From Gammaproteobacteria bacterium (GTDB lineage: Bacteria > Pseudomonadota > Gammaproteobacteria > Eutrophobiales > Eutrophobiaceae), in NCBI GenBank assembly GCA_011772965.1, contig WVYN01000014.1, positions 161,002 through 225,001 on the forward strand: a DNA stretch of 64,000 bases, in the 5' to 3' direction. A program made the position numbers and the translations under genes. Every line of letters begins with the position of its first letter. The stretch's first letter is position 1. The notes beneath the pieces were generated by a model, which was not told the origin of the DNA, made no database searches, and worked only from the letters and a program-made list of their open reading frames with translations. Below are positions 1-10,542 of this stretch, piece after piece.

Positions 1-1
1 C

Positions 2-217
2 ATCATGTCAGGTGACTCAGATTATATTGAACTGGTAAGACAGTTGCATTCGATGGGGGTTCGTGTGGAGATTGCTGCAGTACCAAGTACCACTTCCAGT
101 TTGTTGATCGAGGAAGCCGATTATTTCCATGAAATTACAAAAGATGACTGGTTTACACTTCCGACTAAGAAAATCCAAAAGAAACGCAGTTACAAGAAGA
201 GCACGAACAGAAAATAG
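2..217 (+). CDS. NYN domain (LabA/DUF88) protein, C-terminal part (5' end outside window)
   Basis: SGDSDYIELVRQLHSMGVRVEI...LIEEADYF is the typical C-terminal NYN signature; frame is open to the window edge. Confidence 0.8.
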   Translation: MMSGDSDYIELVRQLHSMGVRVEIAAVPSTTSSLLIEEADYFHEITKDDWFTLPTKKIQKKRSYKKSTNRK

Positions 218-389
218 TTCCGTAACATTTTCGAATATTCAGCAGGGGTGGAATAATTATTCTGACAAGTGCATAGTAGTCACTTGAAACTGACACTGCC
301 TGTGCATATTCAATTCTGTCTTTTACATACATCACATAATCATCTGAATAGCAAGGCAAAAATTATTCCAGAAAACTGGAGAACTACGC

Positions 390-872
390 ATGCAAGTTAC
401 TAAACACAAGGTTGCTGTCATTAACTATGTATTAAAAGATGAACAAGGCAATACCATTGATCAATCTACAGATGGTAATTTTGCCTACATACATGGTACT
501 CAAAGTATTGTTCCAGGACTGGAAAATGCCATGGAGGGGAAAAAGGCGGGCGACCAGCTTGACGTCAGCATTCCACCGGAAGATGCCTATGGCGATCGCC
601 AACTAGAAAATATTCAGACTGTTACCCGGGACATGTTCCCGCCGGATGTGGAATTAAAGATCGGTATGCAGTTCCAGGCCCAATCACCCCAGGGTCAGCC
701 ACTTATCCTTACCATCACCTCCATAGAGGGAAATAATGTTGTTGTCGACGGAAACCATCCCCTTGCCGGCAAGCAATTGAATTTCAACGTAGAAGTTGTC
801 GATGTCAGGGATGCTACCGAAGAAGAGATTGAGCATAATCATGTTCATGGAGTGGGTGATAATCAGCATTAG
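390..872 (+). CDS. slyD: FKBP-type peptidyl-prolyl cis-trans isomerase SlyD
   Basis: IVPGLENAMEGK, PEDAYG, VDGNHPLAGKQLNFNVEV, short His-containing tail; GGAG RBS. Confidence 0.95.
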   Translation: MQVTKHKVAVINYVLKDEQGNTIDQSTDGNFAYIHGTQSIVPGLENAMEGKKAGDQLDVSIPPEDAYGDRQLENIQTVTRDMFPPDVELKIGMQFQAQSPQGQPLILTITSIEGNNVVVDGNHPLAGKQLNFNVEVVDVRDATEEEIEHNHVHGVGDNQH

Positions 873-897
873 ATTCAAATAGCCGTGATTAATCCGG

Positions 898-1761
898 GTG
901 ATGCTGAAACAGACCAGGCTTGGTAACAGCGGCCGGCAAGTAACAGCCATCGGTCTGGGCGCCATGCCACTGTCGCTTACTGACAGGCCTAATGAGCACG
1001 ATGCCATATGTGTCATCAGGGCTTTTATTGAGCATGGTGGTAATTTTATTGATACTGCAAATGTGTATTGTCGCGATGACAGGGAGGTTGGTCATAACGA
1101 ACGCCTGATCAACAAGGCCCTGAAAGATCTTCATGATAAACACCGGATCATCATTGCGACCAAGGGGGGACTGAGGCGTCCCCGGGGAGGATGGGAAGTC
1201 GATGCGAATCCTCATTGGCTCAGACTATCATGCGAACAGAGCCTGAAAGACCTGGGCCAGGACAGTATCTTCCTTTACCAGTTGCATGCCCCTGATCCGG
1301 AAGTTCCCCTGACAGACTCGGTCGGGGAGCTCTCCAGGCTCAGGCAAGAAGGTAAGATCAGGCATGTTGGACTTTCCAATGTGACGGTTGAAGAAATCGA
1401 AACTGCCATGAATGTCGTGCCAATCACTTCTGTTCAAAATCGCTGTAATATCCTGCAACGGAAACCTTTCACAAACGGCGTTGTTGAATTTTGTCATCAG
1501 AATGAAATTAGTTTTATCGCCCACAGTCCCGTGGGAGGGCATTTTGATCACGGTAAGCTAGCTAGTAACAGGATTTTAAACAGACTTGGCAATGCTCATC
1601 AGGCTACCTCATACCAGGTTGCGTTGGCCTGGCTATTGGCGTGTGGTGATCATATTTTGCCCATACCTGGCGCCAGCAAAATTACTAGTATAACAAGCAG
1701 CATGAATGCAATGAATATTGAACTCGCCAAGAATGAATTAGAGGTGCTTAATAGATTGTGA
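898..1761 (+). CDS. Aldo/keto reductase
   Basis: IGLGAM, FIDTANVY, IATKGG, LYQLHAPD, GKIRHVGLSN, PIPGAS motifs. Confidence 0.92.
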   Translation: MMLKQTRLGNSGRQVTAIGLGAMPLSLTDRPNEHDAICVIRAFIEHGGNFIDTANVYCRDDREVGHNERLINKALKDLHDKHRIIIATKGGLRRPRGGWEVDANPHWLRLSCEQSLKDLGQDSIFLYQLHAPDPEVPLTDSVGELSRLRQEGKIRHVGLSNVTVEEIETAMNVVPITSVQNRCNILQRKPFTNGVVEFCHQNEISFIAHSPVGGHFDHGKLASNRILNRLGNAHQATSYQVALAWLLACGDHILPIPGASKITSITSSMNAMNIELAKNELEVLNRL

Positions 1762-1777
1762 ATGCAATGGAGAAAAA

Positions 1778-2683
1778 TTAATGTCTCGACTCGGCCTCTA
1801 TAAAGATTCGTTTAACATTTGAGAAACGGTTTTTAATTGCATTGTCCAACTTCGCAACAGTAGTCTCGATCTCTTCTCCCGTAATAGGTTCAACAAAACC
1901 AACACTAATATTTACCAATATAAAATCGGGGCCCATATGCATGGTCAATACTTCATTCAGATGATCAATCTTTGAAAAATCAGTTGCCAACTGCCTGATG
2001 CCATCCACTACATGGGTATTGGCACGCTCACCGATTAACAGACTTTTTGTTTCATAGGCCAGCCAAACTGCAGTGACGGCAAGAATCAGACCAATAATTA
2101 TCGATGCTGCGGCATCGAATACATACAATCCTGTCAGCTGGGAAAGGATATTTGCACTAAGAGCAACGAGCAATCCCATCATTGCAGCGGTATCTTCAAA
2201 CAATACGACAAACATGGTAGGATCCTTGCCCTTGTGCACCGCCTCGAAGTAACCCCACTCGCCCCTGCTGCGGCTGAATTCCCTGAATGCAAAATACCAG
2301 GCAAAACCCTCAAAAATAATAGCAAACCCGAGCACAGTATAGTTGATTATAAAATTTTGAACCTGGGAAGGATCGTATAACCGGTGAATTCCCTCATAAA
2401 TTGAGACTCCTGCACCGACTGCGAAGATCATAATAGCTACTACGAAACTCCAGAAATAAATTTCCTTTCCATGACCAAAGGGAAATCGCTCACTCGCCGG
2501 CAACTGTGATCGCTTCAATCCATAAAGGAGAAGGACCTGGTTTCCGGTATCGACCAAGGAATGAATCCCTTCGGAAAACATTGCTGAACTGGATGTAAAA
2601 TAAGCAGCGAGAAACTTGGTTATTGCGATGAGTGTGTTGCCCACCAGGGCGGCATAGATAACCAGTTTTCTTGATGATTGCAT
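1778..2683 (-). CDS. Cation diffusion facilitator (CDF) family transporter
   Basis: EGIHSLVDTGNQ, FPFGHGKE.YFW, six hydrophobic segments, C-terminal cytoplasmic domain ending IFIEAE. Confidence 0.92.
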   Translation of the reverse strand: MQSSRKLVIYAALVGNTLIAITKFLAAYFTSSSAMFSEGIHSLVDTGNQVLLLYGLKRSQLPASERFPFGHGKEIYFWSFVVAIMIFAVGAGVSIYEGIHRLYDPSQVQNFIINYTVLGFAIIFEGFAWYFAFREFSRSRGEWGYFEAVHKGKDPTMFVVLFEDTAAMMGLLVALSANILSQLTGLYVFDAAASIIIGLILAVTAVWLAYETKSLLIGERANTHVVDGIRQLATDFSKIDHLNEVLTMHMGPDFILVNISVGFVEPITGEEIETTVAKLDNAIKNRFSNVKRIFIEAESRH

Positions 2684-2718
2684 AATAGTTCCCGATTACA
2701 ATTATGAATCAGGATTTA

Positions 2719-3147
2719 CTACTGGCAGACAACCGGAGTTATCTGCAAGGCCATATCAGTATCACAGGACCACTCTATCCTGTTTTCGATTATGAACGGT
2801 GAGAGAAAAACATGCTTGTTATCGAGCGCTTCAGGCGCTCCTTCGACCTTGTCTGAGGAGTAGGTAATAGTGATTACTCCCGGTCCTTTTCCCCCCACAT
2901 CAATTGAATCAACTGCCGTCTGGGAATACTCGACATTCACAAATATCCTGTCTTCTTCTAGATCATCTGAACTGGGAAAGCGTTGATTACGCCAATAATA
3001 TTCAGCTATGGCCGCCTTGTGGGGCTGGGCGAGTGATATCCCCTTCAGAACCCAGAGTTTGTCCCTAGTTGTTTTTGATGGTGAAAACAGCCAGGCAAGT
3101 ATCACGATAACCAGGATAAAAAACATGAAATTAAGCTGTTTTTTCAT
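2719..3147 (-). CDS. Type IV pilin-like protein without prepilin cleavage motif
   Basis: GISLAQPHKAAIAEYY..N.RFP, G.ITITY and C-terminal WSC...C loop of pilin globular domains; N-terminal TM helix. Confidence 0.7.
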   Translation of the reverse strand: MKKQLNFMFFILVIVILAWLFSPSKTTRDKLWVLKGISLAQPHKAAIAEYYWRNQRFPSSDDLEEDRIFVNVEYSQTAVDSIDVGGKGPGVITITYSSDKVEGAPEALDNKHVFLSPFIIENRIEWSCDTDMALQITPVVCQ

Positions 3148-3153
3148 AGCACC

Positions 3154-3917
3154 CTATTTTTTTTGCAATAAGAATACAACATCTTCTGATGCTGCGGTCA
3201 AATCAACAGGTGAATCTATATCATAACTGTGATCATAAACTTCTTTGATCCTGAATGCATTGGTCCGCTTCAAGCAGCGATAAAACTGGTTTAGTGTATA
3301 TGTTCTCAGTGAATATACCGATTGATAGTTGTAGCGTTTACCATTTTTATTGATTTTAAGATCGACTTTCAAAGTTTCCCGACGGGCCCTCCTGTTCAAG
3401 TCTACCATCCGCATACTCGTCTTCACGGTTAATTTTCCCCGCCGCCCTGACCAACGTACTATCTCATCTGAAAAACCCTGCTCAGGCAATAAATGCAGTC
3501 CGAGTACATAAACTGAGTTTCTCCTGAGTGCCTTGGCAACACATTGTAAATGACGAATTGCCTGCCTTTCAGACAGCAAGTGACGAAACGTGTCTACTGT
3601 GCAATAAGCACCGTCATATCTGCTGCCGCTGATTCGAAAATCAGCCATATCCGCATTAAAGATTTCTGCCTTCAGTGCATTACGCTGCAATTTTTTTTTA
3701 GATAATCAAGAACGGCAGTATTAGTATCAAAACCAGTGCATGTAAACCCTGCCTTGACCATTGGTACAATCAGACGGCCGGTGCCGCAGGCCGGTTCGAG
3801 TAATCTTTTGTGGACGGATTCCTCGCCGGAAAATATCTGCTTGAGGAATTGCAGCTCTGTCCGCATGTCATGGGAAAAAGACAAATCATAATATTTTGGA
3901 AGGTCATACCAGTTCAT
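3154..3917 (-). pseudogene. Class I SAM-dependent methyltransferase split by a frameshift in an A9 run
   Basis: ORF 3917-3672 has motif I (LLEPACGTGR); ORF 3690-3154 continues with ADMADF..YDGAYCT..TFRHL; adding one A to the run at 3691-3699 joins them. Confidence 0.85.
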
Positions 3918-3924
3918 GTGAGTA

Positions 3925-4344
3925 TTACCAGAGAAATTTTATCAGGTCACCAAATCCCCATAAAAAGGTCCCGGTAACCAGTAGTGAGGCCTCGATTAAA
4001 CCTACTGAAATTCCCAGTTCTTCACGCATTTTTACTCGCCGTTCATTATAATTTTGCTGAATCCTGTCCAGTTCTTCTTTCATCTGTTCCTCGTCAGCCC
4101 CGAATGCCCTGCGAATCCTGCGTTCAGCCATGTGTTTTTTAAACTTCATTGCACGATGAGTCAGTCTTTCCTCAATGAGACCACTGAATCCGGACCATAT
4201 GCCCAGCACGACAATCAGGCAACCAGCACGTGATAACCATAATTGATCAAGAAACTGCTGCTCAGAGAGAACATAGCCGCTTACAATCAGCAAAATAGCT
4301 ACGCACCAGAGGATAACGCCATGTATGGTTGTGGTTGTACTCAT
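3925..4344 (-). CDS. Hypothetical membrane protein (3 predicted TM helices)
   Basis: Co-directional and tightly packed behind addA; hydrophobic segments and a GT.LWGFGD C-terminal motif. Confidence 0.7.
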   Translation of the reverse strand: MSTTTTIHGVILWCVAILLIVSGYVLSEQQFLDQLWLSRAGCLIVVLGIWSGFSGLIEERLTHRAMKFKKHMAERRIRRAFGADEEQMKEELDRIQQNYNERRVKMREELGISVGLIEASLLVTGTFLWGFGDLIKFLW

Positions 4345-4351
4345 TCTGTGA

Positions 4352-7300
4352 TCATGCCTTTGAATGTATGTTTATCTCACGCCATTGACCAAGTAATGGG
4401 AAATAGAGCCCGAGTTTGACCGGCCTGTTTTCCATAGCCTGCATCAGAACGGCATATTTTTTAAGTTGCGATGCATAACGTTCTTCTTCCTGATCGAGAA
4501 ACTCCTGTATGTCCGGTCCTTCGTGACGGCTGGTCTTATAATCAATAATCCAGCGCTGATCTTCGCTGTCAATGAAAGTGCGATCAAGGATAACATTCAC
4601 AACCCGGTTGTCGATGATCCCTGTCAGAGGTAGTTCACAGGTGGCCTGTTCATGGCGTGTATCTAGAATCCACCGTCCTTTTTCATCTGCTATGGTACTC
4701 GCAAGCGCCAGAATGACCTGATCTGTGGCCCAGTCTATGTCTTGCTGAGTAACACCGAGTTGTCTGAGGCTTGTTTCGAAACGAGTGGATTCTGAATTTA
4801 TATAGTCCTGTGTCCAGCGTTCAATTCCATCCTCTGCGATAATTTGCAGAAACCGGTGTACAACACTCCCGATGTGCATGATGGTTTCACCCGCCCATTC
4901 ATATTCCGGCATGACCTCTGGCATGGCAGAATAATCAAAGGACACGGGGACGCTGATGTCAGCAGGAGCATCCGGTAATCTCCAGTCTGATGTGAACCTG
5001 TGCAGGCCGCTGCTAATCACCTGTTGGTCCTGATTCACCTGGATTTGTGAATTTTGCCTGGTTGCGATAGCGAGCGCTTTATACTCTTCTTCAAGCACCG
5101 GCCAGAGATGCTTTAGCAGCGAATTTTTTCCGGGTCGCTTGCACTCGCCTGTCTCAGAATCAAGTGGAATGGCTGCGAAAAGATGAAGTTCCTGCCTTGC
5201 CCGGGTGGCGGCTACATATAACAGGCGACCTACTTCATGATCCTGTTTCTGTTTTTCAAGTTCATTCAAGTAATCATAGAATGGTGAATCATCGGAACCG
5301 GCAGGTTTTATCGGAGCCAGTAACAGGTCCTGATGCTGGACATGAGGAGATTCTGCCCATAATAGCAATTGTGATTCATTGCTCCTGCTTCCGCGGTGTA
5401 ATTCAGGCAAGATAACCATATCAAATTCAAGACCTTTTGCCTTGTGAATGGTCATGATTTGCAAACGGTCATCAACATGAGCGGGTAATGCAAATAGATT
5501 ATCCACCTGTTCCATGAATTGATTCGAGTCGGACAAGCGGCCGCCGACATCAAAGTCTTCCAGCAGATCGAAAAACACCTCAACATTTTCCAGCGCCGAT
5601 TCATCCTCCAACGTGGCCGGACCACCGAGATTCATCCATAACGACTCTACGGATCGTCGTAATGTTCTGCGACACCGTTGCTCAAGGGCATGTTGCAATT
5701 TCGGACCTATGGCTGCCAACCTGCTTCTCCCATCTGCCGACAGGCCTTTCATACGATCGGTAGCATTAATGGCCTCCCTGATTGTCAGTTGCGTTTTTTC
5801 TCCCACTAGCAACAGATCATCCAGCGTTATGCCACACCAGGGCGCCCTCAGGACAGCAAACCAGGCAATGCGATCTGCCGGATGATCCAGTGCCCGGGTC
5901 AGTGCCAACAGGTCCTGTATCTCGGGGCGGTGACTCAGCGGTTCGATCTCCACAGCATTGTATGCCAGGTTATTTGCTCTCAGATGAGTCGTGATCTCAA
6001 GCAAGTGACTACGATTACGAACTAGGATGGCCAGACAACGATCCGGATCTTGTCGCTGGCTGTTTTTTATCAATGCAGTAATACGTTTGGCTTCATCAAT
6101 TTCATCCAGAATTGCATGTGCCTGGACAGCAGTATGTTCTGTCTCGGGAAGAAAAGCCTGCGCTGGTTCATAACTGACAGCACCACGATAACTGTCAGCA
6201 AGATCCGGAAAAATTACCTCGAAGGCCCGGTTGACCCAATTGACGATGCCCGCCTGTGAACGGAAATTGACCTCGATTTTCAGTGGGTCAAGAGGTATCT
6301 GACCTAACCGTTTCTGTTTCCAGGTATTAATAAAAAGCCCAACCTCAGCTTCACGGAAACGGTAAATGGACTGCATGGGATCACCGACCAGGAACAGGGT
6401 ATGTCCGTCACCGGGGGACCAACCTGCCGTCAGTTTCTCAATCAGCTTGTACTGGTTATTCGAGACGTCCTGAAATTCATCGATTAACAGGTGTTTGATA
6501 CGGTAATCCAGGCGCAAGGCCAGATCCGTCGGATTATCATCCTGCCCCAGGGCATCTATAGCGGCCAGCATAATACCGTTGAAATCTATTTGATTGCGTT
6601 CTGCAAACAACACTCGCAAGTGGCTATCTGCCATAAGTAACAACTCACACAGGGCCTTGACTATTTGCCATTCATCTTCAGCAAAATGCAATGGGGGCAA
6701 CAAGTGGATCTCAACCAGTCCCTCACTCAGTGACTCGTCACCGGATAGCCGTGACAACAAACTCTGTAACCCATCTTTCATCTCTTTACGATTCTCGGTT
6801 TCAGCTGAGTTAGCTTCAGGTTTTGGAAAACCGATCGTCTTGTCGACACGCTTGCGCCATTGATTCGCTCCAGTCAGACATAAATTGGCAATAGCCCGCC
6901 AGACAGGCAGGTCTGTTGCCGTGCTGCCGGGGAACTGAGTAATATCACGGCATTGAGCGATGGCTGATTCCGGCTTGTCAGCATATAGATTGCTCGCCGC
7001 GTAACGCAGGTATTGCAAAATTTCATTCTGGTACACCTGCGGAAACCGGGCAGCGATATTTTCCAGTGTCGAGGCAACGGCATGTTGAAAGGCGGTTTCC
7101 AGTTCCTGCCGATCAATTTCCCTGCCAATATGGCGTAACCACTGGTCCCGTCTTTGCAGCAATGTTGCGATCATGGCTTTAACTCTGGGCAGATCATTAT
7201 CCAGATGCGAAAGTAACCTGGCGACCGCTTCAGACCAGTACTCCCCGCTCTCCAGATCTGTAAGAGTATTGGCCGCGGCCTGGTGATAGATCTCCGTGGC

Positions 7301-7738
7301 ATCTTCGAGTAATTCCGGTTGCGCACCGAGCCCGGACAACAAGGGCATCTGTCGTGTTAGCCAAGCACACAAGGAGTCAATGGTCTGGATTCGCAGACGA
7401 CCGGGGTTATTCTCCAGTTGCCAGTCCAGATCCTTGTCACGGGCGAGTACGCTAATTGCCATTTCATGAGTCAGTCGTGTGGCGTCGTCTTCCGGCTGTA
7501 CACCTGTCCTCGCCCTATGCAATGCCGTGATGATCCTGGATCGCATCTCCGCTGAAGTCTTGCGGGTAAAAGTGATGGCAATGATTTCTTCAGGTGATTC
7601 AACCGTTGCAAGCAATCGTAGATAGCGCTGGATCAACAACTCGGTTTTTCCTGAGCCAGCCGGTGCCTGCACGATAAAAGATGACTCCACAGATAATGCC
7701 TTTTGTCTTTCAGGATAATCAAAAACTTTGTGGGTCAT
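4352..7738 (-). CDS. addA: UvrD-type helicase with C-terminal PD-(D/E)XK nuclease (AddA-like)
   Basis: Walker A APAGSGKT, AITFT, DEFQD, VGDPMQSIYRFR, NFRS, TIHKAKGLEF, LLYVAATRA; nuclease LDRTF...IIDYKT. Confidence 0.9.
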   Translation of the reverse strand: MTHKVFDYPERQKALSVESSFIVQAPAGSGKTELLIQRYLRLLATVESPEEIIAITFTRKTSAEMRSRIITALHRARTGVQPEDDATRLTHEMAISVLARDKDLDWQLENNPGRLRIQTIDSLCAWLTRQMPLLSGLGAQPELLEDATEIYHQAAANTLTDLESGEYWSEAVARLLSHLDNDLPRVKAMIATLLQRRDQWLRHIGREIDRQELETAFQHAVASTLENIAARFPQVYQNEILQYLRYAASNLYADKPESAIAQCRDITQFPGSTATDLPVWRAIANLCLTGANQWRKRVDKTIGFPKPEANSAETENRKEMKDGLQSLLSRLSGDESLSEGLVEIHLLPPLHFAEDEWQIVKALCELLLMADSHLRVLFAERNQIDFNGIMLAAIDALGQDDNPTDLALRLDYRIKHLLIDEFQDVSNNQYKLIEKLTAGWSPGDGHTLFLVGDPMQSIYRFREAEVGLFINTWKQKRLGQIPLDPLKIEVNFRSQAGIVNWVNRAFEVIFPDLADSYRGAVSYEPAQAFLPETEHTAVQAHAILDEIDEAKRITALIKNSQRQDPDRCLAILVRNRSHLLEITTHLRANNLAYNAVEIEPLSHRPEIQDLLALTRALDHPADRIAWFAVLRAPWCGITLDDLLLVGEKTQLTIREAINATDRMKGLSADGRSRLAAIGPKLQHALEQRCRRTLRRSVESLWMNLGGPATLEDESALENVEVFFDLLEDFDVGGRLSDSNQFMEQVDNLFALPAHVDDRLQIMTIHKAKGLEFDMVILPELHRGSRSNESQLLLWAESPHVQHQDLLLAPIKPAGSDDSPFYDYLNELEKQKQDHEVGRLLYVAATRARQELHLFAAIPLDSETGECKRPGKNSLLKHLWPVLEEEYKALAIATRQNSQIQVNQDQQVISSGLHRFTSDWRLPDAPADISVPVSFDYSAMPEVMPEYEWAGETIMHIGSVVHRFLQIIAEDGIERWTQDYINSESTRFETSLRQLGVTQQDIDWATDQVILALASTIADEKGRWILDTRHEQATCELPLTGIIDNRVVNVILDRTFIDSEDQRWIIDYKTSRHEGPDIQEFLDQEEERYASQLKKYAVLMQAMENRPVKLGLYFPLLGQWREINIHSKA

Positions 7739-10425
7739 TCTTTTTCCCCGTCTGTTATCGAATCTTTCTGTTTTTCATAAATGCGGCAAAATGAATGCAG
7801 ATCACACCTGATCCTGGTGCAGGTTGTATTGTCCTTGGGATCGACTCTGGCTATACCATGGCGAAAGTCACCGGCCAGCGAATCCAGCATTGTACGCCAT
7901 TGAATCAGCAGGTCAGGCCAATCCTTCACCGATTCCCTGGCCAGCTTCGATCCGTTAATGCTTTTTATACCTGGCAGCACGTTCTCATCATCTGACAGGC
8001 CACTAAACTTGATCTCACCCCTGCGTAGTTTGAGGAAGGCAACCGCGGCAACATCTCCATCGCTGTTAATTGCATACAGGGGCAACTGTGGTTCATCCGG
8101 ACGTTCACCCAGCCAGGCCGAGGCATTGGGTACAATAGAACCTGTCTTGTAATCGATAACAACCAGACGTCCGTCCTTTAATTGATCGACCCGGTCAATA
8201 CGCGTGATGATTTCGATATCATTGATCATGAATATATGTTTCAGCTCACATTCACTAACGGTAAACGCTTGTCTTTTCTTTTCGAGTTCAGCCAGTTCTA
8301 CCAGCAGAAGCTTTAGGCGGTTACATTCAATGTCGGTAAAGCGATCGGTAAACGTAAACGGCAACTGCTGTTGGTAACGTTTAACTATCCGCTTCACCAC
8401 AGCATCGACCACTTGTTCAAGTTGTGTAGCGGTCAATTGCAAAAGGTTTTCCAGACTGCCAGTCTCTCTCCAGAATTGTTCAACAACAGCATGTGCGATT
8501 GAGCCGCGTTCCAAGGCATCCAGCCCGATATCAGGAGACTTGAGACCTTCTGTCGCCAGCCGGTGGCGTGCAAATGCGCGGAAAGGACAGGCTGCCTGGT
8601 CCTTGAAAATGGCAGTTCCACCACTCAGCCTGACACCCTCAGGAATGGCCCGCACCTGATCATCAGGTAATGTTTCAATGCTTTTGCTGCCAAGCAAGTG
8701 ATTTGCATAGGATTTGAAAACAGGTATGTCAGGCGATGTCCCTGACAGATATTGCCGAATCAGGGCACTGGGTTGATAGACCTGATCTTTTTCCATCTCC
8801 GGGTAACTTAAAACAACCTCGGGTGACGAAGAGATTAACCGTTTCAGTAACATACTGGCGTGAACCAGAAAATTGCCGGGCGAGGCTGCGGGCAGGCCTA
8901 CGTCCCTCTGTAATGCTATCGGGATAAACGCATTGGGTACTTCCTGGCCGGGCCAGGCATTGTCATGCAGGTTCATGATCCAGAGATGGTCGAACTGCAT
9001 GCCGGCTGCACCATTGATACCCAGTATCTGTATGGAGGCCTCCCGGGTCTCGGGCTGGAATCGCTCGCTGGCCAGTAAGCTTCGCAATTGGCCCAGAGCG
9101 TCCTGATAAGTCATATCCTTACTGACGAGATCCAGCCTGGCCAGGTTATCCAGCGATGACTGCCACTCAAGCAGGGTCTGGTATTCATCACTGTCAAGCG
9201 ACCGTTCTCCTGGCCAGGCAAACAGCTCAAGTATTTGCGTAAAGAACTGCACCCATCTTGAAGGACTTTGCCGCGAGTCAGTGTTGGCAAACAGACGACC
9301 ACAGGCAAGGTAGGTCTCCAAAAAGATTGCTGGCACAATATCCGGGCTTAACTTCCCTCTTTCAATTAAAGTTTGCAGCTGTTGACGGGACACGTATGCC
9401 TCACAGGACTTGCGGATGGCTGCATCAAATTTTGCCCGGCACTGGCCTTCCTGCATTGATGCCTTTATGAAAGGTGAACGTAACAGTCTGCTGAATTCTT
9501 CCAGTTCTAGTGAGCACCTGCCCAGGGATAGGATCCGCAATGCTTCGACTATCATTGGGAAAGCGGATAAGGGACGTCCCAGGGAAACACTGAAACAGGA
9601 GGATTGCATGCCGGCGTTATCGAGAATGGTGCCGGGGTGCAGGACATCCTCAAATACGTTTTTAATTTCATGGGCCAGGTTGGCGAGCTTATTTACAACT
9701 ATACCAATACGCTGCCCCGGATTTTCCTCGAGCCGGGTCCGGGCCCAGCTGGCCGCGGTATACAACTCGGTGCGGTTGTCACGGAAAGCAAATGCCCGGG
9801 TCTCGATATTGCTCTGTTCAAGCGGTACTTCACGAATTTCACAGCCCTGCTCAGCCAGTCGCTGCAGGAGCTGGCATTGTTGCGGGGTGAGTTGATCGAA
9901 ACCGACCAGTGCCAGTTTCTCGGGACCTGGAATGAATTCATGCTGCATCGAGAGCAGTGTTGCCAATCCCGCCTGGTCAACCCAGTCCCGCTGTTCACAA
10001 ATTTTCCGGTACTCTTCTGACCAGAGCCGAAACGCATGGGCGTCATCATGGACATAGACTCCTTCCGGAAATATGGGGATCAGCCACTCATGGCATAACT
10101 GCCAGGATTGCATGGCCAGCCGGGCCGTTTGGCTCCGATTGAGCAGTCGCCTGCCATAGGGAGAGCGGTTGATAATGTCTGACCAGAGGTAGAGCTGCTG
10201 GGGTGTTGAGAGCAGCACCCGGTCGAGTTGCCGGGTAAAAACGAATTCCTTCCAGCAGCGTTGAAGCCAGCCCTGCCAGGGCAAGATATCCGGTGTCTGC
10301 CATGCTAACCTGCCCTGATCGGCCTGTTCCAATGCATACTGGTGTTGCAATGCACGGCTTAAACGGGTGGTAGGCGTGAGGAGACAATATCCTTGGTCCA
10401 GCAGCTGCCCTGATTCTTTATTCAT
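7735..10425 (-). CDS. addB: AddB-like DNA repair protein (degenerate helicase fold plus PD-(D/E)XK nuclease with Fe-S staple)
   Basis: ACPFRAF, RIDRVD...VIDYKTG, QLPLYA, C-terminal C..C..C cluster; 4-bp overlap with addA. Confidence 0.85.
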   Translation of the reverse strand: MNKESGQLLDQGYCLLTPTTRLSRALQHQYALEQADQGRLAWQTPDILPWQGWLQRCWKEFVFTRQLDRVLLSTPQQLYLWSDIINRSPYGRRLLNRSQTARLAMQSWQLCHEWLIPIFPEGVYVHDDAHAFRLWSEEYRKICEQRDWVDQAGLATLLSMQHEFIPGPEKLALVGFDQLTPQQCQLLQRLAEQGCEIREVPLEQSNIETRAFAFRDNRTELYTAASWARTRLEENPGQRIGIVVNKLANLAHEIKNVFEDVLHPGTILDNAGMQSSCFSVSLGRPLSAFPMIVEALRILSLGRCSLELEEFSRLLRSPFIKASMQEGQCRAKFDAAIRKSCEAYVSRQQLQTLIERGKLSPDIVPAIFLETYLACGRLFANTDSRQSPSRWVQFFTQILELFAWPGERSLDSDEYQTLLEWQSSLDNLARLDLVSKDMTYQDALGQLRSLLASERFQPETREASIQILGINGAAGMQFDHLWIMNLHDNAWPGQEVPNAFIPIALQRDVGLPAASPGNFLVHASMLLKRLISSSPEVVLSYPEMEKDQVYQPSALIRQYLSGTSPDIPVFKSYANHLLGSKSIETLPDDQVRAIPEGVRLSGGTAIFKDQAACPFRAFARHRLATEGLKSPDIGLDALERGSIAHAVVEQFWRETGSLENLLQLTATQLEQVVDAVVKRIVKRYQQQLPFTFTDRFTDIECNRLKLLLVELAELEKKRQAFTVSECELKHIFMINDIEIITRIDRVDQLKDGRLVVIDYKTGSIVPNASAWLGERPDEPQLPLYAINSDGDVAAVAFLKLRRGEIKFSGLSDDENVLPGIKSINGSKLARESVKDWPDLLIQWRTMLDSLAGDFRHGIARVDPKDNTTCTRIRCDLHSFCRIYEKQKDSITDGEKE

Positions 10426-10542
10426 ATCGTTGCAGCATTCTCATTAATAAAAGGACAACAGGCAACTCAATTTCCGGACATTGGCAGAGGGAACCCATGG
10501 TGATAGCCTTTATCCCAGTAACGATAATAATGACAATCACAG

